The notes under the pieces are model-generated. The model saw only the letters and a list, made by a program, of their open reading frames with translations, was not told the DNA's origin and made no database searches. The position numbers were made by a program, and so were the translations under genes. A DNA stretch of 64,000 bases from Rhizophagus irregularis (lineage: Eukaryota). The DNA lies in NCBI RefSeq assembly GCF_026210795.1, contig NC_089429.1:7068001-7132000 (forward strand), in the 5' to 3' direction. Below, one piece after another: positions 14,660 to 27,139 of the stretch. How positions within the stretch are numbered: position 1 is the first letter of the stretch; each line of letters begins with the position of its first letter.

Positions 14660-15298
14660 ATGCCACAAATTAACTTTAACAAAGATGTATGTTAATAAAG
14701 TAATTTGTATTAAAAAACTCAGATATTAATTTCTTTTTATAATCAATTTTTAAGGTTGATAATATTATTATAAATTATATGACGAAGTTGAAAGGAAGTA
14801 ATAGAAAAAGCTGTCCGTTTGCAATGTTAAGTAGAAAGATTCCTTACAGTCCCAATCAAATACTTCAGCAGTAAGTTTAATAAACGATTTTTTATTTTAT
14901 TTTTTTTTAAAAAATAATAATAATAATAATAATAATTTTAATTTAACTACAAAATTTAGTTGGTGTGATAAATTAGACCCTAAGCGTAAGTATATTATGA
15001 TATTTTTTAATTCTTTTGATAAAAATATCATTGAAATAACTTTTTATCTGCTTTAGTTTGTAAAACTTCTTTCAATTATAACGAGAAAAATTATATAATT
15101 AATTGGGTTATGAAGTTTCTCGCTGAAAATGATAAAAACATCTCATGGAAGAAATTACAGTCGGAAATGGTAAACGAATTCGGTATACTACGTTCCAAAA
15201 GAGACATGAAAAATTTTTGGTATGCCAGAAAGAGGCGACAAGACAGGCAAAAAGAAAATGTACTTGACCTCCAGCTTCTTGAGGACAGATATTTTTAA
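14660..15298 (+). CDS. Small Myb/SANT-like DNA-binding protein, 4 exons, 136 aa
   Basis: GT-AG introns 14687-14754, 14871-14959 and 14986-15056 join in frame to give MPQINFNKDVDNIIINYM...CPFAMLSRKIPYSPNQILQHWCDKLDPKLCKTSFNYNEKNYIINWV...ISWKKLQSEMVNEFGILRSKRDMKNFWYARKRR; two Myb-like repeats with spaced Trp/Phe. Confidence 0.8.
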
Positions 15299-15776
15299 CT
15301 AGTAGCAAATGTAAAAAATTTTTATTAAATAAAATATAAATATTATGAAAATTTATATATTAAATGACATATAAAATATCCATATAATATATATTTAACT
15401 GTAAATTACATATTTAACTAATTGCAATTTTATATGAAATATTTATATAAAACTTATTTAACTATAAATTATTCATAAATTTATATTTAAATAATTATAT
15501 ATATATGCTAATTTTATAATTTTATACAGAATAATATTTATAATATTTCTACGATTATATAAAAAATAAATAAATTATTCATGTATTACAGATTTATAAA
15601 TATTTATATAATAAATTTACATTGGATATATATAGTATTATAGATATAAAGTACAATTCCTGATGACTGATGAATGGAACCGAGCAATAATTATTTATAT
15701 ATCGCATTACAATATAACGTGAATGATGTCACATGGTGAAAATTACATATAACTTAAAATAGTTACTTTTCTACAA

Positions 15777-16277
15777 GGCCACGCAAACTAATATTTTCGG
15801 TTCACGTAACATTAAAATTTAAAATTGACCCGGGGACCCGGGTTTTATTTTTTATTAATAAAAAATTTTTATTGTAAGTCACGTGACTTACTAGTTTATA
15901 ATTAGATGAATTTCGTTACTATAAATGCCTATCATACATTGTTCACGTGGATTTTAAAAATAAATAAAAAATGCCTATCATACATTCATACATGTACGAA
16001 TAAGTTACAACTCTGTAACTTTAAAAGATTGGGAAGGTTTACCAGTTGAAAAAGAGACAAAAATGAAGGATTTTTCTAATGATATATCAATTTCATGTTT
16101 GTCATCTAATTTCTGGGAAGCAGATTTTAAAGTACTATTCATAATAATTAAGATTTAACCAATAAAATCACTTGAAATCACGTGAAAAAAAATTTTACAT
16201 ATAAAAATTTTTTGGTCAAATTTTGAAAAAGTGACCCGGCCGGGTGAAGTGAACCGAAAATATTAGTTTGCGTGGCC
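15777..16277. mobile_element. PIF/Harbinger-like MITE, 501 bp
   Basis: Perfect 29-bp TIR GGCCACGCAAACTAATATTTTCGGTTCAC; 3-bp TSD CAA on both sides. Confidence 0.8.
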
Positions 16278-16793
16278 CAAGTACTAGTAGCATTTAAAAT
16301 TCATTTAATTTATGAAATTTTTGAAATTTTTATAAATAGTGTGTCATTATATATAAAATTTGTTACAATGTGAGTCATCTTGTATATGCTGTTTATACAC
16401 TTTACTTCGTTAAACGGTATACGGTATAGTAGTACCACAATGAAAATCCGTAATACTAAATAATTCGTTATATCGAAATTCATTATAACGCGAGCCGATT
16501 GTATTTTTCGATTCAAAAATTTGTTAAATTTTTTTTTTCTTAGTTGCAAGTAAATTTTAGTTACATATAAATAAAATATTTATTATAAAACATAAATCAG
16601 ACATGTTTCTACTAATGTGGCTGTTCTTGTAAACTGAATATATTGTATAGTACATATATATTAAGGAAATAAGTGAAATTATCAATGCTACTTATAAGTT
16701 TTGCGGCAAATAATAAAAAAAAAATAATTAACTGGTAGGGTCACAATTATGGTCAGATTACATGGAAATATATTAATATATATCGGTAACGAC

Positions 16794-17124
16794 TAGTGCT
16801 CTGCACGAGCCGTGCCAGCTCGTGCCAGCTCGCGAGCCAGGTATATTGAGCCGAGCTTCAATGCAGCTCGTTAGAGCTGGCTCACGAGCTACTATGAGCC
16901 AGCTCGCAAGCTCTGAAACTAAGCAAAAATGATACTTGCGCATGTGATTATCAGCTAACCATTTCGCAAATTCTCTAAAAAATCATCCGGTTCGAGCAGG
17001 TAGGCTCGAGCAAAGTTACTTTAAGGCTCGACTCAGCTCGGCTTGGAGTTGGCTTGATACGAGCCAAGCTCGGCCATTATAATCGAGCTAAGTCGAATTT
17101 TGGCTCGGCTCATGCGGAGCTTTA
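16794..17124. mobile_element. hAT-like MITE with GAGCC/GGCTC subterminal repeats
   Basis: Ends TAGTGCTCTGCACGAGCCG / CGGCTCATGCGGAGCTTTA; no TSD seen. Abuts the outer end of the large inverted repeat. Confidence 0.6.
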
Positions 17125-17638
17125 CAGTCATGATTGTGCATAATAAAAATATAAGAACCAATACCTATGGTTAATCTTGGTAATTTTGGGCAATTAAGTC
17201 GACCTTAAAAGTATTTATTGCTGTAATTAAAACTCAACAATAGAACGTACTAATGATAGATGATGTAGCTCGCTCAAGCTGTGAATTAATTTATATAATA
17301 AACTTTAAAATGTAATTTAGCAATCAGAGTAATCATTATTTATTGGAGGGGATTTGGTGAAGGAATCTTTTAATAAAAAATAAATTAGTATAATTAAAAA
17401 TCTTATAAAAAAGGAAATAAAGCTAGCACTGATGAACGTCAGGAAATTTTTTAGGCGACGGGAGTGTAAACTTACGTAAATATGTGTAAATATACATAAC
17501 CTTGTGTAAATTTTTGTAATTTTCTTATGAAAATTTACGTGAACTTGACGCACATCTGAAGTTTTACGTGGTCATGTTCTTTTTTTATTTTTTTATTTTT
17601 TCGTTTTAGGTGAATATTCCTTTTTCTTTATTTTATTA

Positions 17639-17792
17639 GAAACAGCCTTTTGAACTTTAATGGGCGAAATAGAGGTCGTTAAAAAACAAAGAAAAAATAA
17701 CATTAGAAATGTTTCTAAAACAAAAATAAAATGTAAAAAAATAAAGAAAATACCTCCATTTCACCCGATTTCAAAGTTTAAGAGGCTGTTCC
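17639..17792. mobile_element. Small MITE-like inverted repeat present in both arms of the large IR
   Basis: GAAACAGCCTTTTGAACTTT...GAAATAGAGGT pairs with ACCTCCATTTC...AAAGTTTAAGAGGCTGTTCC; flanked by TTA/TAA. Confidence 0.55.
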
Positions 17793-17906
17793 TAAAAAAA
17801 ATGACATGATGTTAGTAACGTTCATTGGTAACGTTCCTAAAACAAAAATAAAATGTAAAAAATAAAAAAGAAATAACTTTAAAATGGATTTAGTTTATAC
17901 TGTAAT

Positions 17907-18102
17907 CCCCTGTCGCACTAAGTGTCACTCATGATCACCTTCATACTAATTTTTAAAATTGCGAGTGATTAGCTGAGTTTATAAATGACCAGGAATCTTC
18001 GTTTAGTTATTTCCCGGTCTCATATAGATAGCCGGGAAATTACTAATTTTAGTTTAAAATAGTTAAAATACTTAATATTTAATGAGTAACACGCTCCAGG
18101 GG
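17907..18102. mobile_element. MITE-like element (CCCCTG...CAGGGG), left arm only
   Basis: TAATCCCCTG ... CAGGGGATTA ends; absent from the right arm. Confidence 0.5.
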
Positions 18103-18139
18103 ATTACCCATTTATTTCCAACTCCCCATGAAATAAATA

Positions 18140-18273
18140 CCGTATTTTGCGGTATATAAGCACCCCTTTTTGCACTTGATGCCGGCCAAGATCCTCATAA
18201 TTTTGGCCAAAATCGCCATAATTCTGGCCAGGGGTGCTTACTTTCGGGGGTGCTTACTTACCGCAAAATACGG
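18140..18273. mobile_element. Tc1/mariner (Tc2-like) MITE, 134 bp, left arm only
   Basis: TIR CCGTATTTTGCGGTA..TAAGCACCCC; TA on both flanks. Confidence 0.75.
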
Positions 18274-20139
18274 TAATACTAATATCTGGTGATCAAAACA
18301 ATAATTTATTTTATTAGGGCTTTAGGGGCTTTGCAGTGATGGGCTTGCATATCCAATTTGGAAATATGTTTTTCCATGTGAACACGTTCAATGTTTAAAA
18401 CGTTCGAAATGATCGAAAATTTTCAATATATATATTAACGCTGGATGATCTAATGACAGTTTTTTCGAGCGATTGTTAATAGAAGAATAATGGTTATCCT
18501 TAATCAAATGAGTCTTATCAAAATTTTATTATAAAGAACGAACGCTTCTTATTATTTAAAAACTTTAGTGATCGTCTATCGATGTGTCATAATAGATTGC
18601 CGACTGATTTATCAATCTATTGATTTTGATGTGGAGTAGTTGTGGAATATTTCCTTTATACTTTCATAATATTTGTTATATCAATAAAATTTAATCAGTA
18701 ATCATTTATTGAAATTTTTCACACAAAATAAGCCTTTTTTACGGCTTTTTTACGGATAAGGGAAATAACTGGTGTAATACTCGTTTGTACAGCGTTTGTA
18801 CCCGATCAAAGTATTACAGTAATTAATGACTTGGTAATTAAAAAAAATTATTATTGTCTCTAATTTTGGCAATTACATATATTTACAGTACGAAAGTACA
18901 TGTTCAAATATTTTTAATTATTGAAAGAAACGTTCAAATTGTTTGTAAAAATATTTGAAGGAGCAATATACACTATTTATCGAAAGTTATAATGTAAGTA
19001 TTCTTGAAATTTGTTATATTTATTTTCGGTACAAAAAAAAGAGAATTAAAGGAAAAAATATTTATGGCAAATAGATTGATAAAAATTCTGACTATGGATA
19101 CAAATCGGGACACTGACTCTTTTACTCATGGGTACGTATTAAAACGTAACATCCGACCAATAAACCCTTTTTTTTGTGTCATTATCAAGTACTTGACGAA
19201 TCCTATTTATTTCAAAAGTACTGTAAAACTATAGTATGAAAAAAAATGTATCTATCGTATAATTAATTTTACAAATTTTATGTTATGAAATCTCTATAGA
19301 AGATGCGGTAATTGTTTTTTATAATCGGTTCCGATACCGGGAAATTTTGCCACATTTAACAAGAAATAAAGCTACCGACAGTTACAAAATTGCAATGTTT
19401 CTTTCGTGATTAATAAATTTTAATTAAAAATATTATAATAAGTTTTATATTTTTAAAAAGAAAATAAAAAAGAAAGTATAAATAAGTAAACCCAAAATTT
19501 GTGTATAAAACATAAATAAAAAAAACGGTGGCTTAGTTGTGCCGTTGTGCCACTGATTTGGCTTCCTGATGGGGCTTGTAGGCAATTCAAAAAAATCACA
19601 ATCATAGCCGATCAGCGGCTCATAGCCACGTTATTCTTTTTATTATGAATTATCTAAAAAACATACTGTATATATTACACAATCAAATAAAATTGCACAT
19701 CACAAAGTTACATCAAAGCCAATGGGCTGAAAAAAAAATTTTTTTTGGATTGTAATTTAATTTAACGAAAAAAAAAAATTCATAATTAATTAATGTAAGA
19801 AGTTTCTGTCATTTTTTTTTAAATAAAAAAAATTTTTTTTCATTTGATATTTAATAAAAAGATCTAAATTTTTTTTTTATTTCAGTTTTTTTTTCGATAA
19901 TTTCTATAATAAATAAAGGAGGTTAATCGATCTTTATTTGTTATTTCAGCCACATCATCTGCGTAACATCCGTTTTTAAAGGAGCTTGCAATTTAACATG
20001 GGGAAAAAAATCGATTTTTATTTGTTATTTCAGCCACATCAACTGCGTAACATCCGTTTTTATTTTGTGTTTTGATGATCGTTTACCTGTTTATTATTAT
20101 GATTATAAAATATTTTTTATTATTTATTAATTAGTGCCT

Positions 20140-20154
20140 GTTCAAATATAAAAG
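20140..20154 (+). promoter_or_regulatory. Candidate TATA-like core promoter of the RdRP gene
   Basis: GTTCAAATATAAAA lies 143 nt before the ATG; the same 14-mer lies 81 nt before the MIF4G gene ATG (59620). Confidence 0.35.
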
Positions 20155-20282
20155 AAACCTGAGATCAGGGTATTGAAGAATACCAACGAATTATTTGTTC
20201 ATTTACTATATTGAATTTCTTATATTGACAAACAATAAAATTTTGAACAAAAATTCCTATCAAAAATTACTTCTTTAAAATA

Positions 20283-23200
20283 ATGAATAAAAAAAACCCG
20301 AGAATTTCCTCTCGTACAGGAATTAAACCTCCTAGCGATTGGAAAACCTTTTTTGAAATAGGATTCAAAGTTAGTAATATTCACACTGAAGTTACTGTAG
20401 GTGAAATAAAGGGGGTTTTTGCTACTTATGGTAGTGTTTATAGAGCAAAAATTGTGACCAGAGAAGTTGATGACTCTGAAAATCCTGAACGTTCAACTGG
20501 AACTGCTTATATCTTATTCAAGTACGTATTTTTATACATTTATTCTTTTTCAACCCTTTAAATTATCATTTACTTATCCCTTTAAAAATATTTATTTAAT
20601 TAGACCTGTACCCCCTCGTCCTTTCTGGAATGAATCGTTACGCCTTCATGGAAGGGTTTTACGGATTGATTACCGTAATGACTTTCGTAGTTCTGATTCT
20701 TTTTATTCCTATCCTGCTGAAAGTTTAGAATTGGGTGATTATATACTACCTAATATATTTGTATCTGAGGCTAAATTTACTCAATCGGTAAAATTTTTTA
20801 TAAGTTATCAAAATCGAAAAATAATTGTGGAATTGAAATATGGAGAGCCGATGTACACCTTTAAGCTTGAATTCAATTTTGATGATATAATTAATGATAT
20901 TTATTCTGAGCTTGACGTTTCTCAACAAAGATCTCATGGTTCAATTACTATAGAAAATAAATATCCCGCAAAATGTTGGGTATTACATAAGTGTCAAAAA
21001 CCAAAAGATAAATTTAATTGGTGTATTGATAATTTTTGGAACCGTATTACAAAAAATGATAAAATGCCTCATTTTCATAAAGATAATGATCAACCTGGTA
21101 AATGGCTCGTCTTTAGAATAACTTTTGATTTGGATCAAATTGGAGGTCTTAATCGTTTTAAAAAATTAATTAAGAAGGCCGGTAAATATAATTTGGTTCC
21201 TAGAACTTCAAGCATTAGTAATTTTCCATTAAAAATTATTAATGGAACTGAATTATGTAAACATTTTGTGAACCGTAAAATGTTAAACTTTAAAGTTAAT
21301 TATATGCTCGAATGTAATATTTCTTTTAATTACCTTAATGAATATAACCTTTGTAAAGAATTCTATTCTTTATTATCTCAACAACCTACTAAAGTCTCTC
21401 TTAATATTTTGGAAGGTATTCATTCAAAGAAGAAAAGGATCTATAAACCTTTACCATATTTACGTTCAGAATTGGAGAAGTTAAAATATAAATTGGTTAA
21501 TGAATCTACATATATACCATATTATTGTGTTATGGTGCGTAAAGTTATTGTAACTCCCACTACAAGTTATATTTTAACTCCAACCATGGAAACTTCTAAT
21601 AGGGTGATCCGTCATTTTCTTGATAAGAAAGATCATTTTTTACGTGTCAAATTTGTAGATGAGGCTTTGAGTAAAGTTAGTTGTTCACCTAATGGTGTTA
21701 CTAATGATACTCCTAACCTTGCTTTATATAATAGAGTTTATTATACTTTATGTCATGGTATCACTATTGGTGGTAGGAAATACGAATTCTTGGCTTTCTC
21801 TGAGAGTCAATTAAGAGATCATAGTTGTTGGTTTTTTTCATCAATTGGTGATTTAACTGCTGATAAGGTTAGAACAGAGATGGGGATTTTTTCAACAAAT
21901 AAAAGTGTAGCAAAATATATTGCTCAAATGGATCAGTGTTTTTCGAGTACTCGTAATATTCAAATGGATCAAATGGATCGGTGTTTTTCGAGTACTCGTA
22001 ATATTAAAAAGCCACCTATTGTTAAAATTAAAGAAATTCCTGATATAGTTAGAAATGGTTTCACTTTTTCAGATGGGGTAGGGAATATCTCTTTTTCATT
22101 AGCAAAGAAGATTGCTTATGATTTCAAATTAAAAACTATTCCAAGTGCAATTCAATTTAGAATGGCTGGGTATAAGGGTGTTTTATGTCAGTCAAATAAT
22201 GTGAAAGATAATGAAGTTCAAGTTCGTCCTAGTCAACATAAATTTGAATCACATCATAATGACTTGGAAGTTATCAGAGGCTCTACGTTCATCTCAGCAT
22301 ATCTCAATCATCAGGCAATTACATTCTTGTCCGCATTAGGAATTCCTGATAAAGTATTTATTGAATTAAAAGATTTACAAGTTAGGGAATTGGATAAAAT
22401 GCTTGAAAATGAACATACGGCGTTGAATATTTTACAAAGGAATGTCGATGAATATGGAATTTCAATCTCACTTGCTGAACTTGTCAAAGCGGGATTTTTA
22501 AGAAATAAAGATCGTTATTTGATGAATTTGATTTCATTATTTCGTACCAAGATGTTAAGAGACATTAAGAAAAAGGCAAAAATTCGCGTTGATAAAGGGG
22601 CATTCTTATTAGGCGTCTTGGATGTTACCGAAACTTTACAAGAGAATCAAATTTATTGTTGTGTATCTGATCCATGTAACCCATCCAGTAGAAAGATAAT
22701 AACTGGAAGGTGTATTGTATTTCGAAATCCTTGCTTTCACCCAGGAGATATACGTATAGTTACAGCTGTAGAATGTAAGGCTTTAAGTCATTTAGTAGAT
22801 GTAGTAGTATTTCCAGCAGTTGGATATCGTGATATTCCTAGCGGTGGTGATTTGGATGGTGATGATTTCACGTATGTATCTTTATTTCTCATTGTTTAAG
22901 TATTTAAGTTGTTTAAGTTATTGACAATTTTTTTTTTTAAAAAAAATAATAATAATAATTTTTAATTTAGTGTAATATATGATGAACGTTTGATTCCTCC
23001 CAAAATGTGCGAGCCTATGGATTATCAGCAGGCTCAAATACCAAGAATAGTTGACATCGAGGATATAAAGAAATTTTTCGCGAATTATATCTTTTCTAAC
23101 AAAATTGATATGATCGCGAAAAATTATTTATCGATAGCAGATTCCTTCAAGGTTGGTGCATTACACGGGCAATGTAGACGTATTGCCCAAATATATTCTA

Positions 23201-23637
23201 ATGCCGTGAATTTTCCGGACGCACCACCAGTATTTCCATCTGAACTTCGTGCTATCGATTTCCCAGATTTTATGGAAGAATCTGGTGAAGAATCCTATAA
23301 ATCTCGAAAAGTTCTTGGTATCTTATATCGTTCTATTAATGTATCAGAAGAGTATACCCCACAAACCAATTTAAATGTTGATCAAAGATTATATGAGGGG
23401 TTTTTAGATTATGTACGGAAGTTACTAAAACGAGAGTACGATGCAAGCATTTATTATTTTTCTGAAACATTCCCTTGGATTGCGAATGATATTTTATGTG
23501 ACATTGCCGATAGAAATGAAAGTAATCGAAGAGCACTAATGGATTTATTGGGACCTTGTGACACTAACTTGAATATTTTTTCAAACGGCAATCAGAATCA
23601 AAATTATAATGATGATCAAGATTTAATTGAATTATGA
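20283..23637 (+). CDS. Cellular RNA-dependent RNA polymerase (RNAi pathway, RDR/QDE-1/SAD-1 superfamily), 3 exons, ~1057 aa
   Basis: Introns 20522-20603 and 22872-22970 (GT-AG, frame-preserving). N-terminal RRM-like segment (FKVSNI...VFATYGSVYRAKI...GTAYILFKP); motifs TPT, ETSNRVIRHF, FLRVKFVDE, YEFLAFSESQLRDHSCWFF, FSDGVG, QFRMAGYKG, NPCFHPGDIR, GGDLDGDDFT|VIYDERLIP, PDFME, SRKVLGILYR. Confidence 0.93.
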
Positions 23638-23864
23638 TGAGCTGATGGCCGGAGGGGTATTAATTTAGTTATGTATTTTGGGAATTTTTTTTATTTTTTA
23701 AATATTTTAGATTTTTAAAATAAATTTTATAATTTTTCAAAAAAATTTCTTAATTTTTTAAATATTTTATATCTTAAGTTCGCGATCATAATTAAACTCT
23801 GTTCAATAATGCCGGCCTCAAATTTTTGTCGGAGTTTGACGCTAACGTAAGGGTAGGTGATAAT

Positions 23865-25115
23865 GGTTACAGTACGATTTCCTGAATGCCTTTTTCCTGA
23901 ATATATCTTTTCCCGAAGTCATTTGCCTGAATGCCAATTTTCTGAACTGAACATTTGCCTGAAATATACAATTTCCCGAATCCTTATTTCCCGAATCCCT
24001 CCCAATATCCTGAATCCCAATATCCCGAATTCAAATATCCTTAATTCTAATATTCCGAATTCTAATATTCCGAATGGATAATTTCTTGAATTATATAATA
24101 AATTGTATATTTTCGTATGATTTATAAATAAACTATATAATAAATTTAAAAATAAAGAACTATTGATAACTATAAGTTTTATTATTCAAATATACAGTAT
24201 TTATAAGCAGATATAATGTTAACAATTGTAAAAATTTTTTAAAGTACTGATTATTAAAAACTGTTAAAATTCGATTTTCACGATCTATTAGATGCTTGCG
24301 TTGTATGGTAAAGGTTCTCCACGAAGAATACTTTCTGCTAGCAAATAAGTTTGATATTGCTCTTTGCGCACCTCTGCTATAATTGTATAAACGCCAACAT
24401 GTTATATATAATTTGGGGAGTGGCTTTTTCAAGCATCCCTTGCCTGTACAAGTATTACGATCAATTGAAGTAAATATGAAGTAAACATAAGGCAATATAC
24501 AATCAATTAGGAAATATTACATTTTTAGCTAATAAAATTTTTCTCCAACCCACTGAGTTTAAGTGCTTGATAATATTTACCTAAACATCAAGTAAATATA
24601 ATTAATTTACATTTTAGGAGAAAAAGATTGGTGCAGGTACAAATTTCAAACAGATACTTTGATTGAATAATAAAATCTGCTCGTTTTTGCATTATTTATT
24701 TTAAGTATTTGTTTTAATATAAGTTAGTTTATTACATATTATATTTATATACATTATATATAATTTATTGATTAGTATACTAAATAAAATAAAGGTTGAG
24801 TTTATGAAATTAATAATTCTAATTTATGATGTAAAATTATACAAAATAATATTAAATTCAGTAAAATGTCCATTCAGAATAGGGTTCATGATATTGGAAT
24901 TTGGGATAAAATAATTCAGGATAAAATAATTCAGGATAAAAGAATTCGGGAAATTGGATGTTTCATATAATTCCAGAAATTGAGATTCAGGAAATTGGCA
25001 TTCGGTAAAATGGAGTTTCAGGAAATGATCAATTTCTGGAAATAGGCATTCAGAAAATTGGATTCGGGAAAAGGTATATTCAGGAAAATGGTATTCAGAA
25101 AATGGTCCGACAAGG
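23865..25115 (-). mobile_element. Mutator-like (MULE) deleted element, 1251 bp
   Basis: Perfect 9-bp TSD GGTGATAAT (23856, 25116); long TIRs built from TTTCC(C/T)GAA repeats; internal minus-strand remnant HVGVYTIIAEVRKEQYQTYLLAESILRGEP and DRENRILTVFNN, resembling a MULE transposase C-terminus. Confidence 0.8.
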
Positions 25116-25661
25116 GGTGATAATAACTATACGTAGGGTTTTACACTAAATCTCCGACTTTTCCATAGGTAAAAAATCCTCAGGTCATAATGCAAATCAA
25201 ACTTTAAAACATAACATGATGCAACATATAATTCTAATACAGATAATATGACGGTAATTAATCACCTAGCTGAGTTTATATGATTTAGCAAAAATACTCT
25301 TTTTAAAAATAATTGAAAATTTTACGATATTTGTTCATCCTTTTCATTTATCCATTTCTTTAATTTGAAATATTTGTATTAGTACATTATATTATAACTA
25401 TCAAATCAAAGTTTTCCTCGTAAAGAAAATATAATTACCTATAAAAAATTCATACAATTCAAATGAGCATTCCAGGTTAGTTTTTCCAACTCCATCACAT
25501 TGATACAATAAAATATATTCTTTTAAAAAATTTCTTAATTTATAAAAGAAAATTACATTCATGATTCAATATTACAGTCAAATTTTAATCATAGAAGTAT
25601 TCGTGATGATCTTTACTATGTAAAGAATTGGTACGATCAACAAGCTGTGGAGAACTGCGGC

Positions 25662-26560
25662 TAGGGATGGAGATGACTCTATCGGTTCGGTTTCGGTTCT
25701 ACGAACCAGAACGAGTCGTGACGAGTCGAATTGATGGAACTGACTCCAAAAATCGGTTTGGAACGGAGTTTGGAACCGAACCGACCAAAACCGGTTCTGA
25801 TACGGTTTTTATAATATAATTCTTCTTATTATTATTTAATTTAAAACAAATTAGTTCAAAAAAAACGATATTTAAGATAATAAATTTTATTAAATGTTAT
25901 CTTTATTATTATTAAATGTTCAATAATATGATTTAATTATCCGTTAAAGTAAATTACTTGAAATTTTTATTAAAAGGTCTTTAGAATAAATTTATTAATG
26001 TTCGCTATTTAACATGATTATTATCAGTTATTCGCTATTTATACTAATATCATTATTAAGTTTTATTTTACTGTTCAATCATTTACGGTTATAGAATAAA
26101 ATTTTTATGATTAAAGAACTTTACCATACCCTTATCTATTCAACTTTTCGCACATGAACTTTCCTCGCCGTTTCTGATAATAAGTCTTTGTAATCCCATT
26201 TCCGGCGATCGAAAGCGCTTGCTCTGATGCGACGCTCCGTCGTTGCTTGTATTTTTAGATAGTCTCGGAGCCATCTTACTTAAAACTGAAAACGAGCTTG
26301 CCATCACAAAAGAGGTTCAGCCTCTTCATCAACTGGTTGTTTGAGATAATGACTTAACTCCGTTTCTATTTCCGTTTCTATATTGACAAGTATACGGTTA
26401 CATTTTAAATTTTATTGTTTGGTAAAATAAGACGAACAAAACCGGTTTCAAACTGACTTTCAGAGTCGACTCTCATAGAACCGTTCGTTCCGCTCAAAAT
26501 GGTTCTGACATTCGGTTCCCGACTCAAGTCACTCTCCATTTGGAACTTTTTCCATCCCTA
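25662..26560. mobile_element. hAT non-autonomous element, 899 bp
   Basis: TIR TAGGGATGGA/TCCATCCCTA; perfect 8-bp TSD ACTGCGGC; CGGTT/AACCG subterminal repeats. Confidence 0.9.
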
Positions 26561-27139
26561 ACTGCGGCACAGCAACTTCACATTTTCCAAATTATTCCAT
26601 TTTTGAATTTGAAAAGAATGATCATTTTTTCCAACAAACGCTTTGATATATTAATTCATGAAGGAAATTTTTTGAAAAACTTAAATTTAAAGGAATATAT
26701 ATTTTTTTTACAATCTATTTTTAAAAATGGTTTTCTTAAATTTTATAATTCAAATACTATGTAAGTTCTTATATATATTTGAGCCATGCTACCCGATATT
26801 AAGTTACTAAATTAAGCCAATTTACTCTATATCAATTCTTATTTTATTTTTATTTTTATTTTTATTTTTTTTTAAATGTAGACAAACAATTTCTTTTATC
26901 AATAACTAGTTAAGTTATCGCGTCCCCTCAGTCATGTGATACTACTAATTTTACATGTGATTGGTTCGGAATACAGTATACTGTACATACCATTTTAATC
27001 CACAATTAAGCAGAGATTACATTTATCCAACGAAGTGTTTAACCTTCATTATTCAAATGTAGCCAATCTATTCGTGATAGTGTTACGCAGTAAAATGTTG
27101 CGCAGCAATCATGTGATATAACTGGACCCGTGATGCCGA

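Larger units (their letters stand above)
17126..20093. repeat. Left arm of a ~3 kb inverted repeat flanking the RdRP locus
   Basis: Reverse complement of 29472-32234 along its length, e.g. ATACCTATGGTTAATCTTGGTAATTTTGGGCAATTAAGTCGACC and TTTGATGATCGTTTACCTGTTTA. ORFs 19004 and 30365 share MANRLIKILTMDTNRDTD on opposite strands. Confidence 0.95.

Noticed and set aside
19004..19234. ORF pair 19004-19234 (+) and 30365-30661 (-) sharing MANRLIKILTMDTNRDTD
   Set aside because: The similarity follows from the inverted duplication; the frames differ at both ends and there are no recognisable motifs.
20283..23637. Viral or endogenised-mycovirus origin of the RdRP
   Set aside because: It has spliceosomal introns and the DxDGD double-psi barrel signature of cellular RDRs, not the viral GDD palm motif.
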